A stretch of DNA of 24,283 nucleotides from Myxococcota bacterium (GTDB taxonomy: Bacteria > Myxococcota_A > Polyangia > Polyangiales > Houyiibacteriaceae). The DNA lies in NCBI GenBank assembly GCA_039030515.1, contig JBCCEA010000049.1:1-24283 (forward strand). The letters run 5' to 3'. Shown piece by piece: positions 1-11,021 of this stretch (position 1 is the stretch's first letter; every line of letters starts with the position of its first letter). The translations under genes and the position numbers were made by a program. A model generated the notes under the pieces. It was not told where the DNA came from and ran no database searches. It saw only the letters and a program-made list of their open reading frames with translations.

Positions 1-902
<902 letters not shown>

Positions 903-990
903 TTCTCGTCCCCGCGTAAATCCTTTAGCCTTTACGGCTTTTCAATCTCGAAGGCTGCTTATACTTCGACAACAATCTTGCTTCGACAAC

Positions 991-3105
991 TCAGCCGCCT
1001 TTGGTTTTGCGAACAATCTCATCTTGAATGGTCGACGGCACTGCCTGGTACTCGTGAAAAAACATCGAGTATGTGGCGCGGCCTTGAGTCTTACTTCGAA
1101 GGTCCGTGGCATAACCGAACATCGTTGCCAGAGGAACCTGTGCTTGTATCACCTGCAGATCTCCACGACGATCCATTCCGGTTACGTTTCCTCTACGAGC
1201 GTTTACGTCGCCTATGACGTCTCCCATGTAGTCTTCAGGAACAACGATCTCCACGGACATCACCGGCTCAAGAAGTTCTACACCTCCCGAACTGGCCCCT
1301 TCTTGAAAGGCGATTGAGGCAGCCACCTCAAACGCGGGACCTGACGAGTCCACTTGGTGAAACGATCCGTCGTCCAGAGTAGCTTTTACGTCTACTACTG
1401 GAAAGCCCGCCAGTATTCCGCGTGTAGTAGCGTCGCGCAAGCCTTTTTCTACAGAAGGGACGAACTCCTTTGGAATGACGCCACCGTTGATCTGATTCTG
1501 AAAAACAAACCCGGTGCCCGGCTGGCCTGGCTCAAGGATGACCCAAACATGACCGAACATGCCGTGACCGCCAGACTGTTTTACGTACTTTCCCTCTGAA
1601 CGAACCCGATTCAGCAGCCTTTCTCGGTACGCCACCTGCGGGGCTCCTGCATTGCACTCTACTTTGTGCTCCCGCTTGAGCCTGTCGATAATAATCTCAA
1701 GGTGAAGCTCACCCATTCCTGAAATAAGCGTCTGACCAGTTTCAGAATCCGTGTGTGTTCGAAACGATGGATCCTCGATCGCCAAGCGGATCAAGGCCTC
1801 ACCGAGCTTCGCTTGATCGGCCTGAGTCCTAGGCTCGATCGCAATGGAGATTACTGGCTCCGGAAACTCCATTCGCTCGAGGACAACCGGTTTTTTTTCT
1901 GAGCAAAAAGTATCGCCAGTTGTACTGGTTTTCAGGCCAACGGCAGCGCAGATGTCTCCGGCTCGGACTTCCTTTACCTCCTCCCGCTTGTCTGCATGCA
2001 TTCGGAGAAGTCGTCCGATTCTCTCCCTCTTCCCTTTCACGGAGTTGAGCACAGACGTACCACTGAGCGCGACACCCGAATAAACTCTGAGGAACGTCAA
2101 CTGACCGACGAAGGGATCATTGAGTATCTTGAACGCTAGGGCCGCAAACGGCTCTGTATCGGCGGCGGCCCTCTGAACGATCGCATCGGGATCTTTGGGC
2201 AGACTTCCCTCGATGGCGGGGATGTCCATTGGGGACGGCAGGAAATTCACGACGGCATCAAGCAACTGCTGAACACCTTTGTTTTTGAATGCAGACCCGC
2301 AGAACACCGGAGTAAGTTCCTGCGAAAGAACACCCTTGCGAACAGCAGACAAAATCTCATCTGCAGTAAACGCCAAGTCATCCGCTAGATAGCGCTCCAT
2401 GAGGAGGTCATCTGCTTCTGCCACAGCGTCGATTAGGGCGGACCGGGCTTCCTGAGCTTCGGCCTGGAATGCATCGGGTATGCCCTCTTCACTCCATTCG
2501 GCACCGAGCGCGTCGTCTCCAAAAATCAGAGCCTTCATCGATATCAAATCGATGACCCCGCGATGCTCGTCCTCACTGCCAAGCGGTAGTTGCAGTGCAA
2601 CTGCATTGGCGCCCAGTCGCTGCTTAATCGACTCCAAAGCCTGAGGAAAATTGGCTCCGGTTCGATCCATTTTATTCACGAAACAAATGCGAGGAACGCC
2701 GTATCGGTCCGCCTGCCGCCAAACCGTCTCCGACTGAGGTTCTACGCCGGCAACGCCGTCGAACACGGCTATGGCTCCGTCGAGAACCCTGAGCGAACGT
2801 TCAACTTCGACGGTAAAATCAACATGTCCAGGCGTATCGATGATGTTGATACGGAAGGAATGATCACCAAAAGGACCGACGGATGGCCGCCAAAAGCAGG
2901 TGGTGGCGGCAGAGGTAATCGTGATTCCTCGCTCCTGCTCCTGCTCCATGTAGTCCATGGTGGCAGCGCCATCATGGACTTCGCCCACTTTGTAGTTAAC
3001 CCCCGTGTAATAGAGGATGCGCTCAGTAGTGGTCGTCTTTCCGGCATCGATGTGGGCCATGATGCCGATGTTTCGATATCGCTCTAGCGAGTATTCCCGT
3101 GCCAC
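991..3105 (-). CDS. fusA: Elongation factor G
   Basis: 704 aa; [47 protein letters not shown] motifs; position in the str operon. Confidence 0.99.
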   Translation of the reverse strand: MAREYSLERYRNIGIMAHIDAGKTTTTERILYYTGVNYKVGEVHDGAATMDYMEQEQERGITITSAATTCFWRPSVGPFGDHSFRINIIDTPGHVDFTVEVERSLRVLDGAIAVFDGVAGVEPQSETVWRQADRYGVPRICFVNKMDRTGANFPQALESIKQRLGANAVALQLPLGSEDEHRGVIDLISMKALIFGDDALGAEWSEEGIPDAFQAEAQEARSALIDAVAEADDLLMERYLADDLAFTADEILSAVRKGVLSQELTPVFCGSAFKNKGVQQLLDAVVNFLPSPMDIPAIEGSLPKDPDAIVQRAAADTEPFAALAFKILNDPFVGQLTFLRVYSGVALSGTSVLNSVKGKRERIGRLLRMHADKREEVKEVRAGDICAAVGLKTSTTGDTFCSEKKPVVLERMEFPEPVISIAIEPRTQADQAKLGEALIRLAIEDPSFRTHTDSETGQTLISGMGELHLEIIIDRLKREHKVECNAGAPQVAYRERLLNRVRSEGKYVKQSGGHGMFGHVWVILEPGQPGTGFVFQNQINGGVIPKEFVPSVEKGLRDATTRGILAGFPVVDVKATLDDGSFHQVDSSGPAFEVAASIAFQEGASSGGVELLEPVMSVEIVVPEDYMGDVIGDVNARRGNVTGMDRRGDLQVIQAQVPLATMFGYATDLRSKTQGRATYSMFFHEYQAVPSTIQDEIVRKTKGG

Positions 3106-3302
3106 AACTTCCTCTGGGAGGTCGAAGTATTGCGAACCGACTCAAACAGGCTGAATTGCGCCGGGCTTGTGCAGCAATTCACAGCTTGTATTTGATTCAT
3201 TTCGCCCTATCTCCGACCCGGTGGTTTCCTTCTGGACCTATCCGGAAGAGTGGTTTGTTAAGCTACATAGCTGGACTATGCGGCGGACAGAGGAAGCGGA
3301 CT

Positions 3303-3773
3303 CTACCAGCGGTAGTGGGCAAATGCTTTGTTTGCATCTGCCATTTTATGAGTATTTTCTCTTGTCTTAACTGCCTCACCGCGCCCTTGCGATGCTTCCA
3401 TCAGCTCTGCGGCGAGTCGCTCCACCATCGACTTCTCACCGCGCTTGCGGCTGTATCGGACCAGCCATCGCATGGCCAAGGAAACGCGACGCTCGGGACG
3501 CACTTCGACAGGAACCTGGTAGGTTGCTCCTCCGACACGTCGGCTCTTCACTTCAACTTTGGGCTTCACCATATCCAGCGCTTTGCGGAACACGTCCATG
3601 GGAGACTGCTTGTACCGCTCCTCCAAAACGCTAAAGGCACCGTAAAGAATCTTTTCGGCCGTCGATCTCTTTCCGCTTCTCATTAAGATGTTAACGAATT
3701 TAGCGGTGAGACGGTCTCGGTACTTGGCGTCTGGAAAGACCTCACGCTTTGGGACTTCTCGGCGTCTTGGCAT
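3303..3773 (-). CDS. rpsG: 30S ribosomal protein S7
   Basis: 156 aa; MPRRR..., [34 protein letters not shown]. Confidence 0.99.
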   Translation of the reverse strand: MPRRREVPKREVFPDAKYRDRLTAKFVNILMRSGKRSTAEKILYGAFSVLEERYKQSPMDVFRKALDMVKPKVEVKSRRVGGATYQVPVEVRPERRVSLAMRWLVRYSRKRGEKSMVERLAAELMEASQGRGEAVKTRENTHKMADANKAFAHYRW

Positions 3774-3782
3774 AGCGTCGCT

Positions 3783-4181
3783 CTACTTCTTGGGTCGCTT
3801 CACGCCGTATTTTGATCGGCGCTTGGTTCGATTGGCTTTGTTCGTATTGGATGGCCCACCAGCGCCAGTGGCGTCGAGTGCTCCTCGGACCACGTGGTAA
3901 CGGACTCCGGGCAAGTCTTTGACTCGACCGCCGCGTATGAGAGCGAGAGAGTGCTCTTGTAAATTGTGACCCTCGCCCGGGATATAAGTGGTGACTTCGA
4001 TCCCATTTGAAAGCCGAACTCGAGCTACTTTGCGCAGTGCGGAGTTCGGTTTTTTCGGTGTGGTCGTATAAACGCGGACGCAGACCCCACGTTTTTGAGG
4101 ACAACCACCCAGAGCGGGCGATTTTGTTTTCTCTTTGATATCCTTACGCCCTCTTCTTACGAGCTGATTGATTGTCGGCAT
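3783..4181 (-). CDS. rpsL: 30S ribosomal protein S12
   Basis: 132 aa; [49 protein letters not shown]. Confidence 0.99.
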   Translation of the reverse strand: MPTINQLVRRGRKDIKEKTKSPALGGCPQKRGVCVRVYTTTPKKPNSALRKVARVRLSNGIEVTTYIPGEGHNLQEHSLALIRGGRVKDLPGVRYHVVRGALDATGAGGPSNTNKANRTKRRSKYGVKRPKK

Positions 4182-4232
4182 GAGATTCGTGAAAGCCTGT
4201 TGTCGTCGTGAAGTTTCCCTTAGGGGAGGCGG

Positions 4233-4260
4233 AGAATAACGGTACTTTCCGGACTGTCAA
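4233..4260 (-). promoter_or_regulatory. Sigma70-type promoter of the str operon
   Basis: Minus strand reads TTGACA-N16-TATTCT, ending about 50 bp upstream of the rpsL ATG. Confidence 0.65.
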
Positions 4261-4327
4261 GCCTCTTGGGACACGTTGAATCGAACTTCCATGATCTTGA
4301 GGTGCTCAGCGAGCACGATCTTTAAGT

Positions 4328-5230
4328 TCAGGGTTGACCGTGGATTGGCCACTCCTCGATCACTGTATTCTCGGCTGGTAGAAAGTCCTCAGAGAGAGAC
4401 TCAGGTAGCGCGCGGGGACGTTGGCTGCGAATCACAGGCCGGAAACGAATTTGTGCGTCGATGATCCCCGCGATGAGCGAAGCGCAGAATGCGACGTTAA
4501 GGGCGATATTTGCAGCTCGGACTCGGTCGGCTCGCCGTACGATTTCAGCTTCGCTCAGATCTTGCGCAGCGAGATGCGCGTGTGCCCACTGAGTCACAAA
4601 CGAGGCAGACAAGGTCAGACTTTGAAACGATGCGAGAAACGCGCCGAGCCTGCGATGGTCGTTTCGGAACTGACCTACCCCGAAGGGAAGAAGCGCCAAC
4701 CATCGAGAGTTTTGACGTTCTACGGTTTCCACGGCCGCCATTTCCTGCATGGTCACCCAAAGGGCTCTTCTGCGAGCCTGTTGCGCTTCCTCGGCCAGTC
4801 GCCGCCGCTCCGACTCCTGTTCTCGACGTGCGATGGCATCCGCATGCTGTCGTTTCAAACGCTCACGCACCGCGAAAAAGAGCCGAACCACTTCGTCCGG
4901 AAAGCCAGCCGGGTCGAGCGGAAACTCAGCATCCGCTTGAAGCAGAAGTTCAAATTGTCGAGATGCCTCGGTGTTTCGTCCCAAAAACACCAGACTGGAA
5001 GCCAGGTACTTCCTTGTTTCTAGCACCAGCGGAGCGCCTGGGTCTCCTTGGGCGGCGAACTCCTCCAGCAATGCTTCAAACTGCACGACCGCGGTATCGT
5101 ACTCCTGTCGCTCGTACGCAGTTCTTGCTTCCTGAAAATCGGTGAAGTCGTCGGCTCGGGCCTGCCATGGAGCGAGCGCCGGAGCGATAAGAATGCCGAG
5201 CGTGCATGCTCGAAAGCCGAAACTCATCAC
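4328..5230 (-). CDS. Exported/membrane TPR-like hypothetical protein
   Basis: Signal peptide ending ARA|DDF, TPR-like helices (ARTAYERQEYDTAVVQFEALL; YLASSLVFLGRNTEASRQFELLL), charged coiled-coil, hydrophobic C-terminus with LLPFGVGQF; start overlaps the kinase stop (GTGATG). Confidence 0.75.
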   Translation of the reverse strand: MMSFGFRACTLGILIAPALAPWQARADDFTDFQEARTAYERQEYDTAVVQFEALLEEFAAQGDPGAPLVLETRKYLASSLVFLGRNTEASRQFELLLQADAEFPLDPAGFPDEVVRLFFAVRERLKRQHADAIARREQESERRRLAEEAQQARRRALWVTMQEMAAVETVERQNSRWLALLPFGVGQFRNDHRRLGAFLASFQSLTLSASFVTQWAHAHLAAQDLSEAEIVRRADRVRAANIALNVAFCASLIAGIIDAQIRFRPVIRSQRPRALPESLSEDFLPAENTVIEEWPIHGQP

Positions 5231-7023
5231 GGATCTCCCAGCATTTCCTCCTGAGCCTCGCGAAGCGTCACGCGCAAGTCTGTGATCCTACCCGCCCTCA
5301 GAGTCACTTCCGTCCTATAGTCCAGATAGCCAGGAGCTGTCACCAATAGGCTCCGGCGTTCTTCCTCTCTGCGCATCGGCACCTGTAGAAAACCGGAGGT
5401 GTCGGGCGCACCAACGGGCCCATCTTGCACTTGAACGGCGGAAGAAACGTTGCGAATGACGTACAGGCGGGCGTTCTTGAGCGGCAGCGCAAGGGGCACA
5501 AAGAGCGGTCCATCTCCCGCCGAAACATATACCTTACGCGAGAGGGTGCTGTAGGCCTCCAACCCGTTCGGCCTCACGGTCACGCTATGGTGGCGACCGA
5601 TGGACAAGCTGGTCTCTCTCCAGTCCGGTCCGAAGGCTCTTGGGTTTTCGCCATTCCAACCGATCATCACATTCGAAGGCCTGGGCACGAAACGGACCAG
5701 TCTATATCGAGACGTGGATGGCTTCACCTGCCTCACAGACGGCGACTTCGATGAAGAACGAGGCGGTGTTTCTTCCGAGCGTGTGGCGCTCCTGACGGGT
5801 TCTTGCGTCGCGTCAGCTGCGTGATCTTTGTCAACTTGCGACAACCGGGCCGATCTCCGAACTGGCTCCGACGGGGGCACGGCGTGCCGTGGGACTGAAA
5901 GCACCAGCACACCGAAACCAGACCCCAGAAGAGCTGCAAGCGCGATCTTGAGTCGCCAATTGCGCCAGCTTCGTCGCCGACTGACTCGGGATACGCGCGC
6001 CAATACGTGCGGGTTGCCCTCGTCCAGCGAAAGTACCCGATCGTAATAATTCAGGGCTGATGCGAGTTTTTTATTGGAAATCTCACGATCTCCAAGTTCC
6101 GTATAGGTACGAATGATCCGCTCGCGCAAATTGGACGAAACCTGCTGCGGTCGGTCCAAATAGTCGCGAAGCAATCGTGAAGTGTCAGGCACACCGCAAC
6201 GGAACACGAACTCTTCAAGAGCTCTGCGGAACTCCGCAGCGTTCTGGTAACGATCGGCGGGCTCTTTCGATAACGCCTTTAGGATGATGTCGCGTAGTTC
6301 AACACCGATCGTTGGGCGAACTCGCAAAGGATCGGCGAACTCGACTTCTGCAATCTTCTTGAGGACCGCGTGAGGGTTGCGGGCGGAAAAGGGCAACGCC
6401 CCGACTCCTAAAAAGTAAAGAAGCGTGCCAGTGGAAAAAAGATCGGTTCGAAGATCACACGGCCTACCCTCGATTTGCTCAGGCGCCATGTAGCCGGGAG
6501 ATCCAAGAATCTGACCGGTGGAAGTCATCGAATGAGCGTCCGCGATTTGGGCGATTCCGAAATCCGTCAGCTTCAGACCACGCTGTTCGTGTAGCAAGAC
6601 ATTTTCGGGTTTTACGTCTCGATGAATCACGCCGTTGTCGTGCGCCACTTCCAACGCAGCCAGGACCTCGATGGTGAAGCTCGCAGCAACTTCGGCGGGT
6701 AACTTCGGGTGTTGTTCTGAGAAGACGCTCAGGGTGGGGCCGGTCAGCAGCTCTGCGACGATGAAACTCTCATCAGACTCTTCGCCGGAATAATCGTAGA
6801 TCTCGAGGATGTTGGAGTGTTTGAGTCGAGCCACACTGCGCGCTTCTCGGGTAAAACGCTGTCGCGCTTCGGAGGCGGAGCGCAGATGTGGATGCAGTAC
6901 TTTGACGGCAACCTCGCGCTGCAACAGCGTATCCCAAGCGCGATAGACGGTAGCCATCCCACCGAGGCCAATTTCCTCGAGCAGCTCGTACTTCTCGAGC
7001 GTTCGTATTACCGAATGCTCCAC
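5227..7023 (-). CDS. Membrane-anchored Hanks-type Ser/Thr protein kinase with a C-terminal PEGA-like region
   Basis: GLGGMATVY, VAVK, HRDVKPEN, DFG, GSPGYMAPE; TM segment LKIALAALLGSGFGVLVLSV; C-terminal VTAPGY..EVTLRAG..DLRVTL resembles PEGA. Confidence 0.95.
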   Translation of the reverse strand: MEHSVIRTLEKYELLEEIGLGGMATVYRAWDTLLQREVAVKVLHPHLRSASEARQRFTREARSVARLKHSNILEIYDYSGEESDESFIVAELLTGPTLSVFSEQHPKLPAEVAASFTIEVLAALEVAHDNGVIHRDVKPENVLLHEQRGLKLTDFGIAQIADAHSMTSTGQILGSPGYMAPEQIEGRPCDLRTDLFSTGTLLYFLGVGALPFSARNPHAVLKKIAEVEFADPLRVRPTIGVELRDIILKALSKEPADRYQNAAEFRRALEEFVFRCGVPDTSRLLRDYLDRPQQVSSNLRERIIRTYTELGDREISNKKLASALNYYDRVLSLDEGNPHVLARVSRVSRRRSWRNWRLKIALAALLGSGFGVLVLSVPRHAVPPSEPVRRSARLSQVDKDHAADATQEPVRSATRSEETPPRSSSKSPSVRQVKPSTSRYRLVRFVPRPSNVMIGWNGENPRAFGPDWRETSLSIGRHHSVTVRPNGLEAYSTLSRKVYVSAGDGPLFVPLALPLKNARLYVIRNVSSAVQVQDGPVGAPDTSGFLQVPMRREEERRSLLVTAPGYLDYRTEVTLRAGRITDLRVTLREAQEEMLGDP

Positions 7024-7084
7024 GCAAATCCTAGGATGCTCTTAACACGATAGGCAGATGGATGTCTCTTGCGACGAGGGTCGT

Positions 7085-8458
7085 TTAGGGAACAAGGGGC
7101 TCAAGCGACTCGGGGAAGCAGATCTCGACATCAGCTCGAGCAGCGCCATCGACGCCTAGACCTCCGACAACGAGCATCACACCAGAGGCGAGCCTAGCTG
7201 CGCCAGCTCCCGTGCGCGGATGCCTTAGCGGTCCCATCGCACGTATCTGCTCGGAATGGAGGTCCACATACTCGACGAGATCGGACGGCTCCCCGTCCGC
7301 ATCCTGCCCACCGATAAGGTAGCCGCCGCCCGACGTCTGGAGCACGGCCATCCGCGATCTTGCTTGCGGCCATTCCAAACTGGGGCTTGGCTCACAGAAA
7401 TCGGCACAACCCTGCAGTCGCAGGATGTCGCGATGTGGCAAGCCGTCTTCCCCCTCGCCGCCGAGGATCCAGAACACGTCTCCATCCCCAAACAGGTGGG
7501 TGCCCTGACGCGCAGGTGCCATCTGCTCAGTCCTGGGTTCCGAGCTCCCGTCGAAAGAAGCGCGTTCGAGCAAACGTGCGCCCTCTCCGGCCCCGGAAAT
7601 CCAGACCGCCTCTTCGAGAACCACCGCTGTAGGACTCGAGCGATAGGACTTGAGCTCTTGAACGCGCACCGTAGTTTCCCATGCCTCTACCTCATGCTGC
7701 GCATCGGCGACGGCGAGTTGATCGCCCGCGACCACCACTACCCCTCCCCCGGGCTTGCTGAGAACCGCCACCTCCTCGTAGTCGGAAAGTCCGAAATGAA
7801 TCTCACGAACGCGCTCGGAGTTCACACGCAGATCGACTGCATAGAACGCACCCGAAGAGGAGTGGGCCAAGGCACGCGTCGCGTCGAACGCTGCAGCGTT
7901 CCACTTACCGAGCGGCAAAAACGAAAGCGGCTCCGTGCTGTCGCGCAGCCAGAGAAGATCCAGCGCATCGATGACGTCTTCTGTCGCTGTCGAGGCATTT
8001 CCTCCGAACGCCATCGCGAAGCCTCCCGGCGCTGCGAACGCCATATCGACCCTTGGAACCGCTAGAGACAACCATTCGAGCACCTCGCACGTTCCCGGCT
8101 CCCCAACCGGTATACGGAGAAACCCCAGCACATCATCCAAACGAAATAGCGGGGGCCCACCAAAAAGTCGCGTCTCACCTGTCACCTCGACCCGGACCTG
8201 CATCTCGAAGTCGGTAGACTCCAGCGGAAACCGAAGCATGAATCCGTCACCTCGAGCGGAAGTCGTCTGTTCTGAGATATCTCCGTCTTCTGCCTGAATC
8301 TGAACCGTGACCTGGTCCAGCGCATAGCGGATAAAAGGATTTTCCCCGGACGGATAAACCACTTCGACCCGATAGTCGTTGGAAGAAGACCCTTCGCAAC
8401 CGAAGCACATCAGCGGGGCAAGAAGCCCGGCGACACGTAGGGCCCTGAGAAACGTCAT
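7085..8458 (-). CDS. Kelch-repeat (beta-propeller) lipoprotein; start reassigned from 8554 to 8458
   Basis: MTFLRALRVAGLLAPLMCFGC has a lipobox-like FG-C; repeated Kelch-like motifs (AMAFGG, FWILGG, YLIGG, PRTGAGAARLASGVMLVVGG). Confidence 0.7.
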   Translation of the reverse strand: MTFLRALRVAGLLAPLMCFGCEGSSSNDYRVEVVYPSGENPFIRYALDQVTVQIQAEDGDISEQTTSARGDGFMLRFPLESTDFEMQVRVEVTGETRLFGGPPLFRLDDVLGFLRIPVGEPGTCEVLEWLSLAVPRVDMAFAAPGGFAMAFGGNASTATEDVIDALDLLWLRDSTEPLSFLPLGKWNAAAFDATRALAHSSSGAFYAVDLRVNSERVREIHFGLSDYEEVAVLSKPGGGVVVVAGDQLAVADAQHEVEAWETTVRVQELKSYRSSPTAVVLEEAVWISGAGEGARLLERASFDGSSEPRTEQMAPARQGTHLFGDGDVFWILGGEGEDGLPHRDILRLQGCADFCEPSPSLEWPQARSRMAVLQTSGGGYLIGGQDADGEPSDLVEYVDLHSEQIRAMGPLRHPRTGAGAARLASGVMLVVGGLGVDGAARADVEICFPESLEPLVP

Positions 8459-8603
8459 GCGTAGGGACAAAACGGGCGGACTCCACGACGCTCCAGCCGA
8501 ACGCAGACACTCGAACGCATGGACGTGAACTGGGGCGCTTTGGTCCGTCCTCACGCGGAGGCTTTACAGCTTGAAGCAGGCAGTGTAAATCCGGCGGCTT
8601 TGT

Positions 8604-9986
8604 ATGTCGGCGCAAAGCGGAATCCATATCGACTCCGTTTCCAATAACGTGTCTCCTTTGGATGTGGCGCGCGCGCTTCATCGCGAACGGGGGTTTGTCT
8701 GGCTCGACGGCGACGGCGGTTCGGAGCCTGGCCGATATTCATACTTGTCATGTCGTCCGGTCGAAGAGATCGTGGTTTCCGGCGGACGAGACCCACTGAG
8801 TTCTTTGCCTAAGAGAAGCAAGAACACCTGCCGCGCAGGCGAACTCTTGGACGCACCACAGTGGATCGGATACCTAAGCTACGATTCGATCTGGTCGATC
8901 GCACGCAGTGCTGCGGCCCCACGCAAACCACCACGTCATCGCAGGAACGGGTCAACCCCTTCGATGGAGCTCTACCGATACGACGCGATGGCTCGCTTTG
9001 ACCACCAGGAACACCGATGGCTCGTGGTGGCAGACAGTCGTAGCGCGGCGCAGAAACTGATCGGCAGAGTCGAAAGCGCATCTCGACGACCCCTTACCTC
9101 AGGGGCTTGTGATTCAACTGAGCACGAGGCGAGAGTTCGCAGCACCGCTCCAAGCGAACATGCTACCGCGATCGCGAAAGCACTCGAGGCAATCGCCACG
9201 GGTCAAATCTATCAGATCAATCTCGCAAGACGATTCGAGGCTGATTATCTCGGTGAACCTTTCCGGCTCTTTGAAAACATGCGTCGCCATAGCCCGGTTC
9301 CCTTAGGCTTCTTTTTACAGACGCCGCATGCGGCGATCCTCGGGCGAAGTATGGAGACATTTCTTAGGTTTTCGGCAGTAGATCGCTACCTGCAAACGCG
9401 ACCTATCAAAGGAACGTGTCCCCGAGAACCTTTACGGGTCTTCAGTTTAAAGGAAGCGACCAAATATCTTCAAACCGATCCCAAGGAGCACGCAGAGCAT
9501 TCAATGATCGTCGATCTCATGCGAAACGACCTTGCTCGGGTCGCTGAGGTCGGCAGCGTTCGGGTAGCCAAGTCTTTCGATATCCAGGAGTACAAAGGCC
9601 TGTATCACATGGTGTCTACGGTGGAGTGTGCCGTGCCGAAGGCCATAGACGCTGAAACCATCCTGAGGGCGACGTTTCCTCCTGGGAGCATTAGCGGAAC
9701 ACCAAAAACGAATGCTCTCGATTGGATCGAAGCCCTGGAGCCTGGACCGCGCGGCATTTATTGCGGCGTCATGGGATATTTCGATCGTCAAGGAGGATTT
9801 CATCTGGCGGTGGCCATTCGAACGGCGGTTGTCTCTGACGGCGTTGCCGAATACTGGTCGGGGGGCGGAATCGTCTCGGCGAGCCAAACCGCAAGGGAGC
9901 TTGAAGAAACCGAGGTGAAAGCAAGGACGTTTTTGAATTGCTTTCCATCCGAGCGTCGAAACGCGGTCGATCGGTCTTCAGATTAA
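8604..9986 (+). CDS. pabB: Aminodeoxychorismate synthase component I / anthranilate synthase component I family
   Basis: YQINL, PIKGT (PabB-type rather than TrpE PIAGT), KEHAEHSMIVDLMRNDL, FPPGSISGTPK, RGIYCG, GGGIV. Confidence 0.85.
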   Translation: MSAQSGIHIDSVSNNVSPLDVARALHRERGFVWLDGDGGSEPGRYSYLSCRPVEEIVVSGGRDPLSSLPKRSKNTCRAGELLDAPQWIGYLSYDSIWSIARSAAAPRKPPRHRRNGSTPSMELYRYDAMARFDHQEHRWLVVADSRSAAQKLIGRVESASRRPLTSGACDSTEHEARVRSTAPSEHATAIAKALEAIATGQIYQINLARRFEADYLGEPFRLFENMRRHSPVPLGFFLQTPHAAILGRSMETFLRFSAVDRYLQTRPIKGTCPREPLRVFSLKEATKYLQTDPKEHAEHSMIVDLMRNDLARVAEVGSVRVAKSFDIQEYKGLYHMVSTVECAVPKAIDAETILRATFPPGSISGTPKTNALDWIEALEPGPRGIYCGVMGYFDRQGGFHLAVAIRTAVVSDGVAEYWSGGGIVSASQTARELEETEVKARTFLNCFPSERRNAVDRSSD

Positions 9987-10004
9987 GAAACGAGACGTTT
10001 GGTC

Positions 10005-10033
10005 CTCCAAGGCGACCTTTTTTGGGGTTTTTT
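10005..10033 (+). terminator. Possible intrinsic terminator after pabB
   Basis: Imperfect stem ctccaa...ttgggg followed by a T run. Confidence 0.3.
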
Positions 10034-10087
10034 CTTCTGCAACTACATCGAGTAGGACTTGCGTGTTATGCCCCTCTTCGCAGACCT

Positions 10088-10161
10088 TCCGGAGTCGTCT
10101 AAAGGCAGGACAGCGGACTTTGAATCCGCGAATGGTGGTTCGAATCCACCCTCCGGAGCCA
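10088..10161 (+). tRNA. tRNA-Gln (anticodon TTG)
   Basis: Acceptor stem TCCGGAG/CTCCGGA, discriminator G, encoded CCA; anticodon arm gcgga-CTTTGAA-tccgc; T arm ggtgg-TTCGAAT-ccacc. Confidence 0.97.
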
Positions 10162-10283
10162 CCCCAAGTCGTTTCATATCGGCAAGAAAGACGGTTGCCT
10201 GACGACGCATCGACCCGATAGTGCGGGAATGCCGGACTGGTTCTCCTGTTCCGCCACTCGTCCCGCGACCTGAAACCACAGCT

Positions 10284-11018
10284 TTATTCCGCGCAGAGGT
10301 GGAGAAACGCTTCGTGGTTCCCCTTGGGACCTTTGATGGGCGCGTCAGCCCGTCCTATCTCGGTCAATCCCAGACGGGTCGCACACTGCGCCACTGCGTC
10401 GATCGCATGCATCCGGATCTGCGGGTCGCGCACCACGCCTCCTTTGCCAACCCGATGTTTCCCGACCTCAAACTGAGGTTTCACCATGGCGAGGATCTGC
10501 CCAGACCGCTTCAAAACCGCCGTGGCCGCGTCGAGAATCTTAGTAAGGCTTATAAAAGAGACATCGATCACGACAGCGTCGAGAGGCTCAGGTAGATCCT
10601 CTGCCCTCAGATAACGTGCATTACAGCGCTCAAGCACGATCACTCGCGGGTCCGTGCGAACAGAATGCGCCAGCTGACCATACCCCACATCGATGGCGTA
10701 TACCCGTGAGGCACCATGCTGGAGCAGGCAGTCGGTAAAGCCTCCAGTGGATGCGCCAAAATCAGCTACTGTCCACCCGGACGGGTCGATAGACAAGGCA
10801 TTCAGGGCGCCCTCCAGCTTGATCCCTCCCCGGGAAACGTAACGAAGAGGGGAGCCTTTCAGCGACAGGCGCGCCTCGGAGTCGATCGGCTGCCCCGCTT
10901 TTTCTACTCGAGACTCATTGAGGTACACCTTACCTGCAAGAATCAAAGCTTGGGCGCGCTCGCGACTCGAAGCGAGCCCCAATTCGACCAGCCGAACATC
11001 TGCTCGGATGCGTGCCAT
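10284..11018 (-). CDS. tlyA: TlyA-family rRNA 2'-O-methyltransferase (S4 + FtsJ domains)
   Basis: RADVRLVELGLASSRERAQALI (S4), YVSRGGIKL, DFGASTGGFT, IDVSFISL, VKPQFE. Confidence 0.95.
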   Translation of the reverse strand: MARIRADVRLVELGLASSRERAQALILAGKVYLNESRVEKAGQPIDSEARLSLKGSPLRYVSRGGIKLEGALNALSIDPSGWTVADFGASTGGFTDCLLQHGASRVYAIDVGYGQLAHSVRTDPRVIVLERCNARYLRAEDLPEPLDAVVIDVSFISLTKILDAATAVLKRSGQILAMVKPQFEVGKHRVGKGGVVRDPQIRMHAIDAVAQCATRLGLTEIGRADAPIKGPKGNHEAFLHLCAE

Positions 11019-11021
11019 ATT

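Noticed and set aside
964..990. 10-bp direct repeat cttcgacaac in the fusA-tuf spacer
   Set aside because: Too short and only two copies; no function can be supported.
10088..10283. tRNA-anchored genomic island or att site
   Set aside because: No integrase, no duplicate of the tRNA 3' end noticed, and the flanking genes are housekeeping.
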